This document shows positions 10,224 to 19,777 of a stretch of DNA of 64,000 nucleotides, in pieces (position 1 is the stretch's first letter; the number at the start of each line of letters is the position of its first letter). The stretch spans positions 62,001-126,000 of IMG/VR virus record IMGVR_UViG_3300019776_000324; one strand, written 5' to 3'. The notes beneath the pieces were generated by a model. That model was not told where the DNA came from, searched no databases, and was given only the letters and a program-made list of their open reading frames with translations. The translations under genes and the position numbers were made by a program.

Positions 10224-11317
10224 TACCAGAACCCTCCTTTAAGTAAGTTACCGTTGCCAAAATTCTTCAGACTGAATTGTTTACTAATCTGACTGCGGCT
10301 TTGCACTGGCAACAATGTAATTACCATGTCCATCTTAGTAGGCACATAAGTTGGATTGCTTAATAAACTTTGCAGTGGAGCTGGTAAAGCATTTTGAGCT
10401 CCAGGTGGCAGGAACGCATTGGCCAATCTTGATACTGTTGGCGATATAGAATTCACTGTGGTAGAAAATAAATTTTGCAATGGTTGTAAATTTAATCCAA
10501 GATTGTTGGGAGTACCTGAGCTGATATAATCAACATCAGCTGGTAAAGTATAATTGAAACTAGTAACCAAGCATGGATGATTATTAAACTGATAGTCGCC
10601 TAATCCAGACAAATATGTTAAGGGTGGCGGACTGCCTCTCTGTGCATCTTGACCGTAAAACATTTTAGTTACACTACGGAAAAAATGTATAACTGCTAAA
10701 ACATAAGCAGCATCACTGGTGCTTTGTGCTGTAAATGTTGCAGTTAATGTAACTGCATCGGTATAACTGTTTTGATAAAAATATCCACGATAGTTACTGT
10801 GTGTTAAATCATAGTTACTATAGTTGGCTTTGTATGATGTACTAATTGCCGGAGTATATGGAAACACAACTCCGTTGGTAACCTTGAGTGGTTGTAGTAA
10901 TCCAGCGTCTGCTGCATTATACAAATAAGTTGCACCGGGTGCTAGTCTAAGAGTTACACGCCAATCACTGTTAGTTGGAAACTGTGCTAGATCACTTTTG
11001 GTTTGTTGAGTTTGTGCTTGTCCAACTAGTGCTCCAATCTGTCCAGCTGAAATTTGTGCGCGATTTTCATTTTCAAACAAGAATGCATCCGAAATTGTTC
11101 CGCCTTCGCCAGCATCAACTCCATTGGCTGCTGCTAATGCATCTAGTTCAGCAGCAGAATACTTGACATCCGATGCAGGAACCGCAGTATCCTCACCTGC
11201 GCTTACATCTGGATCTACTGCTGGATCTACATCCGCAGGTGCTGTATCGATTTCATTATCGGGTACCTGTGTGAATTCTTCAAATTCGTAACCAGCTGTA
11301 TCGTTAACATCTGCCAT
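10223..11317 (-). CDS. Baseplate tail-tube initiator/cap (gp48/gp54-like) with acidic N-terminal extension
   Basis: VFPYTPAI..Y.ANY..LTHSNY..YFYQNS, GSPPP..YLSGLG..F..HPCLVTSFNYTLP.DVDY motifs; baseplate context. Confidence 0.7.
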   Translation of the reverse strand: MADVNDTAGYEFEEFTQVPDNEIDTAPADVDPAVDPDVSAGEDTAVPASDVKYSAAELDALAAANGVDAGEGGTISDAFLFENENRAQISAGQIGALVGQAQTQQTKSDLAQFPTNSDWRVTLRLAPGATYLYNAADAGLLQPLKVTNGVVFPYTPAISTSYKANYSNYDLTHSNYRGYFYQNSYTDAVTLTATFTAQSTSDAAYVLAVIHFFRSVTKMFYGQDAQRGSPPPLTYLSGLGDYQFNNHPCLVTSFNYTLPADVDYISSGTPNNLGLNLQPLQNLFSTTVNSISPTVSRLANAFLPPGAQNALPAPLQSLLSNPTYVPTKMDMVITLLPVQSRSQISKQFSLKNFGNGNLLKGGFW

Positions 11318-11377
11318 GATTATTTTCCTATCAAGTATTTACCGCAAAAATAAACTACCCAGATTATCATGTAAAGG

Positions 11378-11405
11378 TTGACAACTGGTTGACCTGTGTT
11401 ATAAT
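11378..11405 (+). promoter_or_regulatory. sigma70-type (early/middle) promoter for the gp55-gp47-gp46 operon
   Basis: TTGACA (11378-11383), 16 nt, TATAAT (11400-11405) with extended TG; AGGAG RBS at 11418-11422. Confidence 0.85.
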
Positions 11406-11430
11406 AAGTACATTACTAGGAGATTTGCCA

Positions 11431-12342
11431 TTGGCCACAACATTTGCACCTAAAGTGGTAGTACCTAAAAACTACCTCAATAACAGAGATATCTTAAAAC
11501 AAATACATCTAAGCAAGAACACATATTGTACCTATTTAGATCCAGTTAACGATCACCAATACGATATTATTTTGCCTACTGTGGAGAAAATTAACCAGCG
11601 CACTATTGCTGAAGCTAGACGCAACAAAGCCGATAGACTCAAACGCGAAGGTGTTATTGTAGATCCTAAAAAGATTGCCAATACCGATTTAGTGTTTCGT
11701 ATTACTTGCTGGGAACACATACCAATGGCGCCTAAAAAAGTGCCAAAAACCACAGCTAAAAAGAAAAAAATTGAAGATATATTTGAGCTAGAACTTGAAG
11801 CAGAAGATCCACTAGCAGAGTTATTGGATATTCCTGTGTTGGATGAAAAGCATGTACGCTTGAACTTTCCTCCGTTTTATCACTATCGTTTAGACGAGAA
11901 TAAAGTGCCATTTTTAGTAGGCAAGAGTCACTGGAAAGGCGACTTAGAGCACGGTGAATTCAGCAAGGATCACGGTCAAACTACACGCACCTTAGCTACC
12001 ATGTACATGAAGCTGTGTGAACGCTATGCTACTCGCAGTAACTGGAGAGGATACACTTACAATGAAGAAATGCGTGGACAAGCTCTACTACAACTTAGCC
12101 AAATTGGTCTCCAGTTTGATGAATCAAAGTCTCAAAACCCATTTGCTTATTACACTGCCGCTATCACTAATAGTTTTACTCGTATTCTTAACTTAGAGAA
12201 AAAGAATCAAAACATTCGTGACGATATGCTAGAGCAAGCTGGATTGAATCCTTCATGGACTAGACAAAATGCCGGCAAGAAAGATCCTAATTTTGGATCT
12301 GTTGTTACTATCACAGCAGGCGAAGACTACGAAGCTCAATGA
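11431..12342 (+). CDS. gp55: Late-transcription sigma factor
   Basis: NYLNNRDIL N-terminus; NWRGYTYNEEM..ALLQL..FDESKSQNPFAYYTAAITNSF gp55 signature; TTG start 8 nt after AGGAG. Confidence 0.9.
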   Translation: MATTFAPKVVVPKNYLNNRDILKQIHLSKNTYCTYLDPVNDHQYDIILPTVEKINQRTIAEARRNKADRLKREGVIVDPKKIANTDLVFRITCWEHIPMAPKKVPKTTAKKKKIEDIFELELEAEDPLAELLDIPVLDEKHVRLNFPPFYHYRLDENKVPFLVGKSHWKGDLEHGEFSKDHGQTTRTLATMYMKLCERYATRSNWRGYTYNEEMRGQALLQLSQIGLQFDESKSQNPFAYYTAAITNSFTRILNLEKKNQNIRDDMLEQAGLNPSWTRQNAGKKDPNFGSVVTITAGEDYEAQ

Positions 12343-13484
12343 GTAAAACAGAAGTGTATTGCACTGCTCCTTGGAACGGATTAACCATCCGCGAAGATGG
12401 GCATGTGCGAACTTGCTGTGTAGGTTCAACCTCGTTGGGTAACTTAAACGAACAAACAATTGAATCTATTGAGTCTGGCCCAGTGCTAGCGGAACTACGG
12501 CAAGCAATGTTAAACTCTGAGCCGCATAGTACAAACTGCCAGGCCTGTATATCACACGAAGCTCATTCAGGGCTTGCATCGCTTCGGCAACACTATCTTC
12601 GTTATTATCCAAATACCGAACAATTAAAATTGCAATTTGTAGACATCAGATGGAATAATATTTGTAACCTGGGCTGTATGTATTGCGATTCAACTTTTAG
12701 TAGCACTTGGGCAACTCGAATGCCTGTTGCACAAAAAAATGTTCCAGTAAAGGTATATCAGGATGAATTGCTAGATTGGATACTTGATCGTTCTGCTGAT
12801 GTCAAGGAAATTATGTTAGTGGGTGGCGAACCCATGTTAATGAAACAAAATTATACTTTGTTGGCCAAATTGCCCTTGGATTCAAAAATTAGTATTATAA
12901 CCAACCTAAGCTACGATTTAGAAAATTTGCCTTGTTTGGATGATCTACTTAAACGGCCCAGAAACAATATCATTTGGAATATCAGTTTAGAAAACACTGA
13001 ACAACAATTTGAGTATGTTAGATCTGGTGCACAATGGTCGCAACTTGAAAAGAATTTAAAATATGTGTCTGACAGATGGCCGGTTACTATCAATGCTGTA
13101 TATTCGGTGTTTAGTGCGTTTACTCTAGTTGATACAGTTAAAGTTGCGCATCGTCTTGGTGTACAAAAGATGAATCTTGTACCTATTAATAAAAACACAT
13201 CTATGGACATGTACAACATGCCATTGGAAATAAAGAAAATAGCACTTGAACAACTGACCGAAGCGCAGGACTGGCATCAGAATCAGTTACACCCCGAGGA
13301 TCGATTTTTATATCCGCTTGTTGGGTTTGATGATTTGAAGAACATGTTGCAGGTTAGTCCAAAAAATCCTGTCACTTGGGCCAAATTCTATGACGGCGTT
13401 GAAAATTACGATAAATGGAGCCAAATTAAATTTCAAAATTTATGGCCAGAAGTATTTGAATTAATGAAAAAGTATTTGAAGTAA
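12339..13484 (+). CDS. Radical SAM enzyme with N-terminal SPASM/twitch-like domain
   Basis: CNLGCMYC (CxxxCxxC), GGEP motif; N-terminal CTAPW..TCC..CQAC. Confidence 0.88.
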   Translation: MSKTEVYCTAPWNGLTIREDGHVRTCCVGSTSLGNLNEQTIESIESGPVLAELRQAMLNSEPHSTNCQACISHEAHSGLASLRQHYLRYYPNTEQLKLQFVDIRWNNICNLGCMYCDSTFSSTWATRMPVAQKNVPVKVYQDELLDWILDRSADVKEIMLVGGEPMLMKQNYTLLAKLPLDSKISIITNLSYDLENLPCLDDLLKRPRNNIIWNISLENTEQQFEYVRSGAQWSQLEKNLKYVSDRWPVTINAVYSVFSAFTLVDTVKVAHRLGVQKMNLVPINKNTSMDMYNMPLEIKKIALEQLTEAQDWHQNQLHPEDRFLYPLVGFDDLKNMLQVSPKNPVTWAKFYDGVENYDKWSQIKFQNLWPEVFELMKKYLK

Positions 13485-13490
13485 CATCTC

Positions 13491-13519
13491 TTGCATTTGC
13501 GTTAACAATCGTTTACAAT
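13491..13519 (+). promoter_or_regulatory. sigma70-type promoter for gp47, probably near-leaderless
   Basis: TTGCAT, 17 nt, TACAAT; ATG 8 nt downstream with no SD. Confidence 0.6.
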
Positions 13520-13527
13520 ACACAATT

Positions 13528-14544
13528 ATGACAAATCTATTCCGCAAAACGGCCGTATGTACTGATATCCATTTTGGATTGAAATCAAACAGCCTAGTAC
13601 ACAATCAAGACTGTTCGGACTTTATCGACTGGTTTATTGCCACAGCCAAAGAACAAGGCTGTGAAACTGGCATGTTCCTAGGTGATTGGCATCACCATCG
13701 TGCCAGCATTAACTTGCAAACTCTGCACTTCAGTTTAAAAAGTTTACAGAAACTAAGTGCTGCATTTGATAATTTCTATTTTATTCCAGGAAATCATGAC
13801 TTGTACTACAGAGACAAGCGTGACATCCACGGTGCAGAATGGGCACAACACTTGCCTAATATACATGTCATCAATGATTGGTTCAGTGAAGGCGGAGTAA
13901 CTATTGCCCCATGGCTGGTAGGTGACGATCATAAAAAGATACAAAAACTAAACAGTCAGTATGTGTTTGGACACTTTGAACTGCCACACTTTAAAATGAA
14001 CGCCATGGTAGAGATGCCAGATCACGGTGAGATACATGTGGATCACTTTAGTGGTGTAGGCGAAGTATATTCTGGACACTTCCATTTACGACAAAACAAA
14101 CGCAACATCAACTATATTGGCAACTGCTTTCCGCATAACTTTGCTGACGCAGGTGACAGTAGTCGCGGCATGATGGTCCTAGAGTGGGGCAAGCCAGCAG
14201 AATATCACGCATGGCCAGGACAACCCTTGTATCGTGTGCTTAAACTGAGTCAGGTGATTGACAATGCTCCAAACATGTTGGCCAAGAATATGCATGTCAG
14301 AGTAGAACTAGACATTGATATCAGTTACGAAGAAGCTAACTTTATCAAAGAAACATTTGTTAAAGACTACAACTTAAGAGAAATGGCCTTGCTACCAGTT
14401 AAGAGCACCGCAGTCGATTTGGATCTCGCTCCGGGCGAAATCAAGTTTGAAAGCGTAGATCAAATTGTTACAGACCAAATTACTAATATCGAAAGTGAGT
14501 TTTACGATCCTAAGCTACTGTTAAAAATATATCAAAATCTATAA
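13528..14544 (+). CDS. gp47: Recombination endonuclease subunit (Mre11/SbcD-like)
   Basis: DIHFG, GDWHH, GNHD, GHFE, SGHFH metallophosphoesterase motifs. Confidence 0.95.
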   Translation: MTNLFRKTAVCTDIHFGLKSNSLVHNQDCSDFIDWFIATAKEQGCETGMFLGDWHHHRASINLQTLHFSLKSLQKLSAAFDNFYFIPGNHDLYYRDKRDIHGAEWAQHLPNIHVINDWFSEGGVTIAPWLVGDDHKKIQKLNSQYVFGHFELPHFKMNAMVEMPDHGEIHVDHFSGVGEVYSGHFHLRQNKRNINYIGNCFPHNFADAGDSSRGMMVLEWGKPAEYHAWPGQPLYRVLKLSQVIDNAPNMLAKNMHVRVELDIDISYEEANFIKETFVKDYNLREMALLPVKSTAVDLDLAPGEIKFESVDQIVTDQITNIESEFYDPKLLLKIYQNL

Positions 14545-16118
14545 TGATAGAAGATATCCTGTCAGACTTACAACAAAGATATGATTGCTCTAGTCCTATC
14601 TATTTGTCTGATTTTTTTCAGCCAGGCGGTGATCAACGACTTTACAATAAGTTAAAGGGATTGTATCAGCCGGCGTACGATAATCGATATCGAATAATAG
14701 TCGTACAAGATTGTGCTGACATACATGATTACAAGGATTTGCCTGGAAGAGCTATTGTTGCTCTTCAAAAATATGCCAGCCAAATTGATATTTCTAATTT
14801 TTTTATTTTGTTACTAACCAGTAACAATATGGAATCTGAATTGGAAACAGCCAGAACTCTGTATTCATCTGATGAGTGTGCTATACGCACAGAATTGATT
14901 GATAATTTACCCTTGGTGGAGTTGCCTACAGATGCACAAGATACATTCTGTGTGCTTCCGTGGATGCACTTGTATATTGGGCCCGATGGTAATATTTTAC
15001 CATGCTGTGTTGCTGATCAAAAATTTCCAATTGGCAACATAAAGGATCAGTCTATCACCGATATAGTGACTTCTGATAAATTTAATCGCATTAGATCTAA
15101 TATGATCCAGGGCTTGCGCAGTAAAGAATGCTCGTATTGTTATGACCAAGAAGATTCTAAAATAACAAGCCTGCGCTCACAGCATAATAAAAAATATCCT
15201 TCTATTTCTGCCAAGTCAGTCAAGCATGACGGAACCATTGATCAATTTGAGCCAATTGATCTTGACATACGATTGAACAACATTTGTAATCTTAAATGTC
15301 GCATGTGTAGTGGATATTTTAGTAGTGCTATTGCACAAGAAGAAGCAGAATTGTTCGGCAATACTGATTCTGTTAATGCTTCTTTACGATTACAACAAAG
15401 AAAATCCAAATTTTCTGAAATAGTAGAGTATCTGCCGTCTACTGAAAAAATTTACTTTGCCGGGGGCGAGCCCTTGCTAGCCAGTGAACACTACGAAATT
15501 CTAAAATATCTAATTGACTGCGGTAATACTGATTTGGAAATTGCTTACAATACCAATTTTACTACATTACAATATCGCGATATTAGTGTGCTAGATTTAT
15601 GGAAACACTTTTCCAATGTTACTGTTGGTGCTAGCCTTGATGCCTGTGGCCCGGTTGCTGAGTATGTACGACACGGTACTAATTGGGCAACTATAGAATC
15701 AAATTTAAAATTATTAAAAACTCAATGCCCAACTGTAAATTTTAGAGTAGCATCAACTATAGGATTATTAAATGTCCAAAGTCTGATTGAGTTACAACAA
15801 ACCTGGCACACTAATCAACTGCTTGATATTTCAAAATTTTCAATGACTACCATGATCGAACCTGCGCACTTGACAGTTCGAGTTTTACCCACGCATCATA
15901 AACAACGGCTGGAGGCACTAATTACTGCTCATATCAAATGGTGCCAGAGTAATTCTGCCATTAGTCTTGCAAATCAATGGCAAGACCTGTTAAACTACAT
16001 GTGGTCCGAAGATCACAGTCACTATTTAGATGACTTTAAACGATTGACCATATCACTAGATGCTCATAGAAAAGAGTCTCTGTTGATTGCAGTACCCGAA
16101 CTTAGCGACTTATTATGA
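14544..16118 (+). CDS. Radical SAM enzyme with twitch/SPASM domain and an extra ~130-aa N-terminal domain
   Basis: FCVLPW..PCC..CSYC, then CNLKCRMC, AGGEP, YNTN. Confidence 0.88.
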   Translation: MIEDILSDLQQRYDCSSPIYLSDFFQPGGDQRLYNKLKGLYQPAYDNRYRIIVVQDCADIHDYKDLPGRAIVALQKYASQIDISNFFILLLTSNNMESELETARTLYSSDECAIRTELIDNLPLVELPTDAQDTFCVLPWMHLYIGPDGNILPCCVADQKFPIGNIKDQSITDIVTSDKFNRIRSNMIQGLRSKECSYCYDQEDSKITSLRSQHNKKYPSISAKSVKHDGTIDQFEPIDLDIRLNNICNLKCRMCSGYFSSAIAQEEAELFGNTDSVNASLRLQQRKSKFSEIVEYLPSTEKIYFAGGEPLLASEHYEILKYLIDCGNTDLEIAYNTNFTTLQYRDISVLDLWKHFSNVTVGASLDACGPVAEYVRHGTNWATIESNLKLLKTQCPTVNFRVASTIGLLNVQSLIELQQTWHTNQLLDISKFSMTTMIEPAHLTVRVLPTHHKQRLEALITAHIKWCQSNSAISLANQWQDLLNYMWSEDHSHYLDDFKRLTISLDAHRKESLLIAVPELSDLL

Positions 16119-17878
16119 TACAAATTAAAAATTTAACTGTTCGTAACTTTATGAGTGTAGGTAACGCTACACAAGCTGTGGACTTTGATCGTAACGATCT
16201 TACACTGGTACTAGGCGAGAACTTGGACTTAGGCGGTGACGGAAGTCGTAACGGAACAGGTAAAACTACAATTATCAATGCTCTTAGTTACGCCTTGTAC
16301 GGACAAGCATTAAGTAATATTCGCAAAGACAATCTAGTTAACAAGACCAACGGCAAAGGCATGTTGGTAAGTTTGGATTTTGTTGTTGGCAATCAAGAAT
16401 ATAAGATTGAGCGTGGTCGCAAGCCCAATGTACTTAGGTTCTATGTCAACAACAAAGAACAAGAAATTACAGATGATGCACAAGGCGATTCAAGAGAAAC
16501 ACAAGAAGCTATTGAACATACCCTAGGGCTTAGTCATGACATGTTCAAGCATATCCTAGCACTCAATACTTACACAGAACCGTTTTTAAGTTTAAAAGCC
16601 AACGATCAGCGTACAATTATTGAGCAGTTGTTAGGTATTACCATGCTGTCAGAACGGGCAGACAAGATCAAAGAGCTTAATAAATCTACTAAAGATGGAA
16701 TAACACAAGAAGAGTTTCGTATTCGTGCTGTGCAAGAAGCTAACAAGCGCATTGAAGAACAAATTACGGCACTCAAGCGTAGACAAACAATGTGGACCGA
16801 CAAGCATGAGCAAGATATCAAGGAACTTGAGAAGGCCTTATCGTCGTTACAGAATATACAGATTGAAGACGAGATTAGAGCGCACAAAGATCATAAGGAA
16901 TGGGATCAAAAGCGCAAGGACATCAATGAACTTTCGTCGCAGATCAGCAGAACGAAACTGGACATCAGCCGGGAGGAAAAGCTGGTTGCCAAACTATCTA
17001 AAGAACTCGAGACGCTTTCAAAACACGAATGTCATACATGCGGTCAGTCCTTTCACGACAGTAAGCACCAACAAGTTTTGGAAGCGAAACAGAAGGATCT
17101 GGCAGTGGCAAGAGAAAACTGCCAAGCTCATAGCACCCTGTTATCAGAACTACAGGTTGCCCACGACTCCCTGGGCCCGTTAGGAAAACCTCCTACCATG
17201 TTCTACGACAAAGAAGAAGATGCAATACATCATCAGGCTACTTTAACCAACTTAGAAAAACAAATTGCTGAAAAATCCACAGAGGTAGACCCTTATGGAG
17301 AGCAAATTGAAGAAATGCAACAGCAAGCCCTACAGGAGGTAACATATGACACACTTAATGAACTTACTCGCTTACAAGAACATCAAGAGTTCTTGCTCAA
17401 ACTACTCACAAGCAAAGACTCGTTTATCCGTAAAAAAATTATTGAACAAAATCTTAGCTATCTAAATGCTAGACTAACACACTACTTAGATCGTGTGGGC
17501 TTGCCGCATACTGTGGTATTCCAAAACGATCTGACTGTCAGCATCGAAGAGCTAGGTCGTGAGCTGGACTTTGATAACTTATCTAGAGGTGAACGCAATC
17601 GTTTGATCTTGAGTATGAGCTGGGCATTCCGTGATGTGTTTGAAAGCCTGTATCAGCCTATTAACTTGTTGTTTATAGATGAAATGATTGACAACGGATT
17701 GGATACACAAGGTGTTGAAAGCAGTCTAGCATTACTAAAACAAATGAGCCGTGAACGACACAAGAGTATTTGGCTAGTAAGTCACAGAGATGAACTTGCT
17801 GGTCGTGTAGAGAACATACTCAAAGTTGTTAAGGAAAACGGCTTTACAAGTTACAACACGGATGTAGAAATAGCGTGA
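16115..17878 (+). CDS. gp46: Recombination ATPase subunit (Rad50/SbcC-like)
   Basis: Walker A NGTGKTT, CHTC zinc hook in coiled coil, LSRGE signature, FIDE Walker B, VSH. Confidence 0.95.
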   Translation: MIQIKNLTVRNFMSVGNATQAVDFDRNDLTLVLGENLDLGGDGSRNGTGKTTIINALSYALYGQALSNIRKDNLVNKTNGKGMLVSLDFVVGNQEYKIERGRKPNVLRFYVNNKEQEITDDAQGDSRETQEAIEHTLGLSHDMFKHILALNTYTEPFLSLKANDQRTIIEQLLGITMLSERADKIKELNKSTKDGITQEEFRIRAVQEANKRIEEQITALKRRQTMWTDKHEQDIKELEKALSSLQNIQIEDEIRAHKDHKEWDQKRKDINELSSQISRTKLDISREEKLVAKLSKELETLSKHECHTCGQSFHDSKHQQVLEAKQKDLAVARENCQAHSTLLSELQVAHDSLGPLGKPPTMFYDKEEDAIHHQATLTNLEKQIAEKSTEVDPYGEQIEEMQQQALQEVTYDTLNELTRLQEHQEFLLKLLTSKDSFIRKKIIEQNLSYLNARLTHYLDRVGLPHTVVFQNDLTVSIEELGRELDFDNLSRGERNRLILSMSWAFRDVFESLYQPINLLFIDEMIDNGLDTQGVESSLALLKQMSRERHKSIWLVSHRDELAGRVENILKVVKENGFTSYNTDVEIA

Positions 17879-18888
17879 CATTAGCAACCTGGCACTTCCA
17901 TATTGAGATATCAAGCAAGTGTACCTTGCGTTGTCCTCGGTGCGCACGACAAGAAGTGCCAGACAGTTTGATCAATACCGAATTAGATTTAGAGTTTTTC
18001 AAACGCAACTTTACTGAAAAATTTATTTTGGATAATGTTGAGAAGATCACATTCTGCGGCGATGACGGTGATCCTATCTATGCACACGATCTTATTCCTG
18101 TAATTGATTATATCAAACGCATTAAGCCTGTACAAATTGTTATTATTACCAACGGTTCACACAAAAAGCCAGAATGGTGGCGTGGACTTGGTAGTGTATT
18201 AACTTCTCAAGATACTGTACATTTTAGTATAGATGGCTGGGATAACGAATCCAACAATCTGTATAGGGTCAACAGTGATTTTAACAGCATACTCGAAGGT
18301 GTAGCCAATCTGCGTTCAACTAGTAGTTGCAGAACAGTTTGGGCTGCTATTGCATTCAAGTTTAACGAAGATCATATCACCAACATAGTATCTATGGCGC
18401 AAAGCTACGGGTTTGATGCTGTACAGTTTACAAAGAGTACTAAGTTTGGTAGTGTATATCCAAGTTATGGCAACGATGATCCGCTTGAACCTAGTAGAAA
18501 GTTTGTTAGCAGCTCGCATAGATTTGAAAGAGATGTTATACTGTTAAGCTCGCGTGGGTTACATCCATCTGTAGATGTAAAGAATATTGAACTGTATAAA
18601 TCAGTTAAAGAAGTAAATGGCGTTAAACCGCTATGTGAGATTGGAAACAAAGGACTGTATATTGATGCTCGCGGTAGATTGTTTCCGTGTTGCTGGGTAG
18701 CTAATCGTTACGCACACAATACAGAATGGCAACAGCTTGCTAATCAATTTGACCTCAATCAAAGAACATTAACAGATGTATTAGTAGATCCGTTTTGGAC
18801 AACAGAATTTAAAACATTTAAGTGGCAAGAGTGTCAAAACAAGTGTAATGCCAAGAAAGTGGACGAAAAATATGCAACTCAGTGGTGA
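17875..18888 (+). CDS. Radical SAM enzyme with C-terminal SPASM-like Cys cluster
   Basis: CTLRCPRC, GDDGDP, ITNG; C-terminal C..FPCCW..CQNKC. Confidence 0.88.
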   Translation: MTLATWHFHIEISSKCTLRCPRCARQEVPDSLINTELDLEFFKRNFTEKFILDNVEKITFCGDDGDPIYAHDLIPVIDYIKRIKPVQIVIITNGSHKKPEWWRGLGSVLTSQDTVHFSIDGWDNESNNLYRVNSDFNSILEGVANLRSTSSCRTVWAAIAFKFNEDHITNIVSMAQSYGFDAVQFTKSTKFGSVYPSYGNDDPLEPSRKFVSSSHRFERDVILLSSRGLHPSVDVKNIELYKSVKEVNGVKPLCEIGNKGLYIDARGRLFPCCWVANRYAHNTEWQQLANQFDLNQRTLTDVLVDPFWTTEFKTFKWQECQNKCNAKKVDEKYATQW

Positions 18889-18906
18889 GATGATAACTAT
18901 AAGTCC

Positions 18907-19335
18907 ATGGTATGGCTGTATGAAAACACTCAAATTGAAACTTTACCCGAAGATTGTGTCGGCTTTGTTTATTTGATCACAAATAACATCTCTGGCAGAA
19001 AGTATATTGGAAAGAAATTAGCAAAATTTAGTAAGACAACATACAAAGTAGTAAAATTAAAGAACGGCAACAAGAAGCGCAAGAAAATTAAAAGTAAAAT
19101 AGATTCAGACTGGCAGCTATACTATGGAAGCAACGATCAACTCAACAAAGACATTGCAGAGCTAGGCTCAGACAACTTCACAAGAGAAATATTATTTTAT
19201 TGTAAATCAAAAGCAGAATGCAGTTATGTAGAAGCTAGAGAACAATTTAATCATAGAGTATTAGAATCAGATGACTATTACAATGGGCAGATAGTTTGCC
19301 GCATACACGGTAGTCACATAAAAAACAAAATTTAG
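18907..19335 (+). CDS. Compact GIY-YIG (Seg-like) endonuclease
   Basis: GFVYLITN..GRKYIGKK, YYGS, FTREIL, EAREQ, YYNG; strongly basic insert KLKNGNKKRKKIKSK; 142 aa. Confidence 0.85.
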   Translation: MVWLYENTQIETLPEDCVGFVYLITNNISGRKYIGKKLAKFSKTTYKVVKLKNGNKKRKKIKSKIDSDWQLYYGSNDQLNKDIAELGSDNFTREILFYCKSKAECSYVEAREQFNHRVLESDDYYNGQIVCRIHGSHIKNKI

Positions 19336-19777
19336 ATAGGCAGCTTTACTGACTCTGTGGTAAGTGTATATGGCTTACCCCCATCGAAGAACGGTGTGAT
19401 ACCCGGTCTGGAAAACTTTGGGCGTCAAAGGCAATTGCTAACTTAAGGCAACAAATGGTTTGAGCTCTGTAGAAAAAGATACAACTCATGCTTATAGGAC
19501 TTGGATTTATTATCGGGTCACTAGGGTTCCGTTGATTTGTGAAGCTAGAGTAAGGGGTACCGGTCAACCGCCTCTGCGTAGGAAACTACAATCTCTTTAT
19601 AATAAATGACTGCTGTCACTCGGATAATGTGAAAAGAAGTCAATTCACCGTGGCACGGTGAATTGTGACCACATAATCTGGATAATGCTAAAGAAAAGCA
19701 ATTATGTTCTAATTAAAACATTATGTCTGAGCTTTAGCGAAAGACATAGATTAGCGTAGCTAATCTTTCAATGACAC
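19336..19777 (+). ncRNA. Putative large structured RNA (or structured ssDNA/origin element) directly after the GIY-YIG gene
   Basis: Longest non-coding gap in the window; more than 10 helices found by eye, including a GAAA-tetraloop hairpin (19578-19589), a perfect long-range 9-bp pair (19505-19513/19599-19607) and a 12-bp inverted repeat (19641-19665). Strand inferred from the GNRA loop and G-U pairs. Confidence 0.6.

Noticed and set aside
16725-17183. 152-aa alternative-frame ORF inside gp46
   Set aside because: Lies within the coiled-coil region, has no initiation signal or motif; probably a chance open frame
19346-19567. 73-aa minus-strand ORF within the non-coding gap
   Set aside because: TTG start, no RBS, no recognisable motif; the region is better explained by base-paired structure
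19336-19777. Group I/II intron, RNase P RNA, tmRNA or tRNA identity for the structured tract
   Set aside because: Flanking genes are complete and convergent, so no exon is interrupted; no P7 R/S, domain V, GAGGAAAGUCC or T-loop/CCA signatures found by eye
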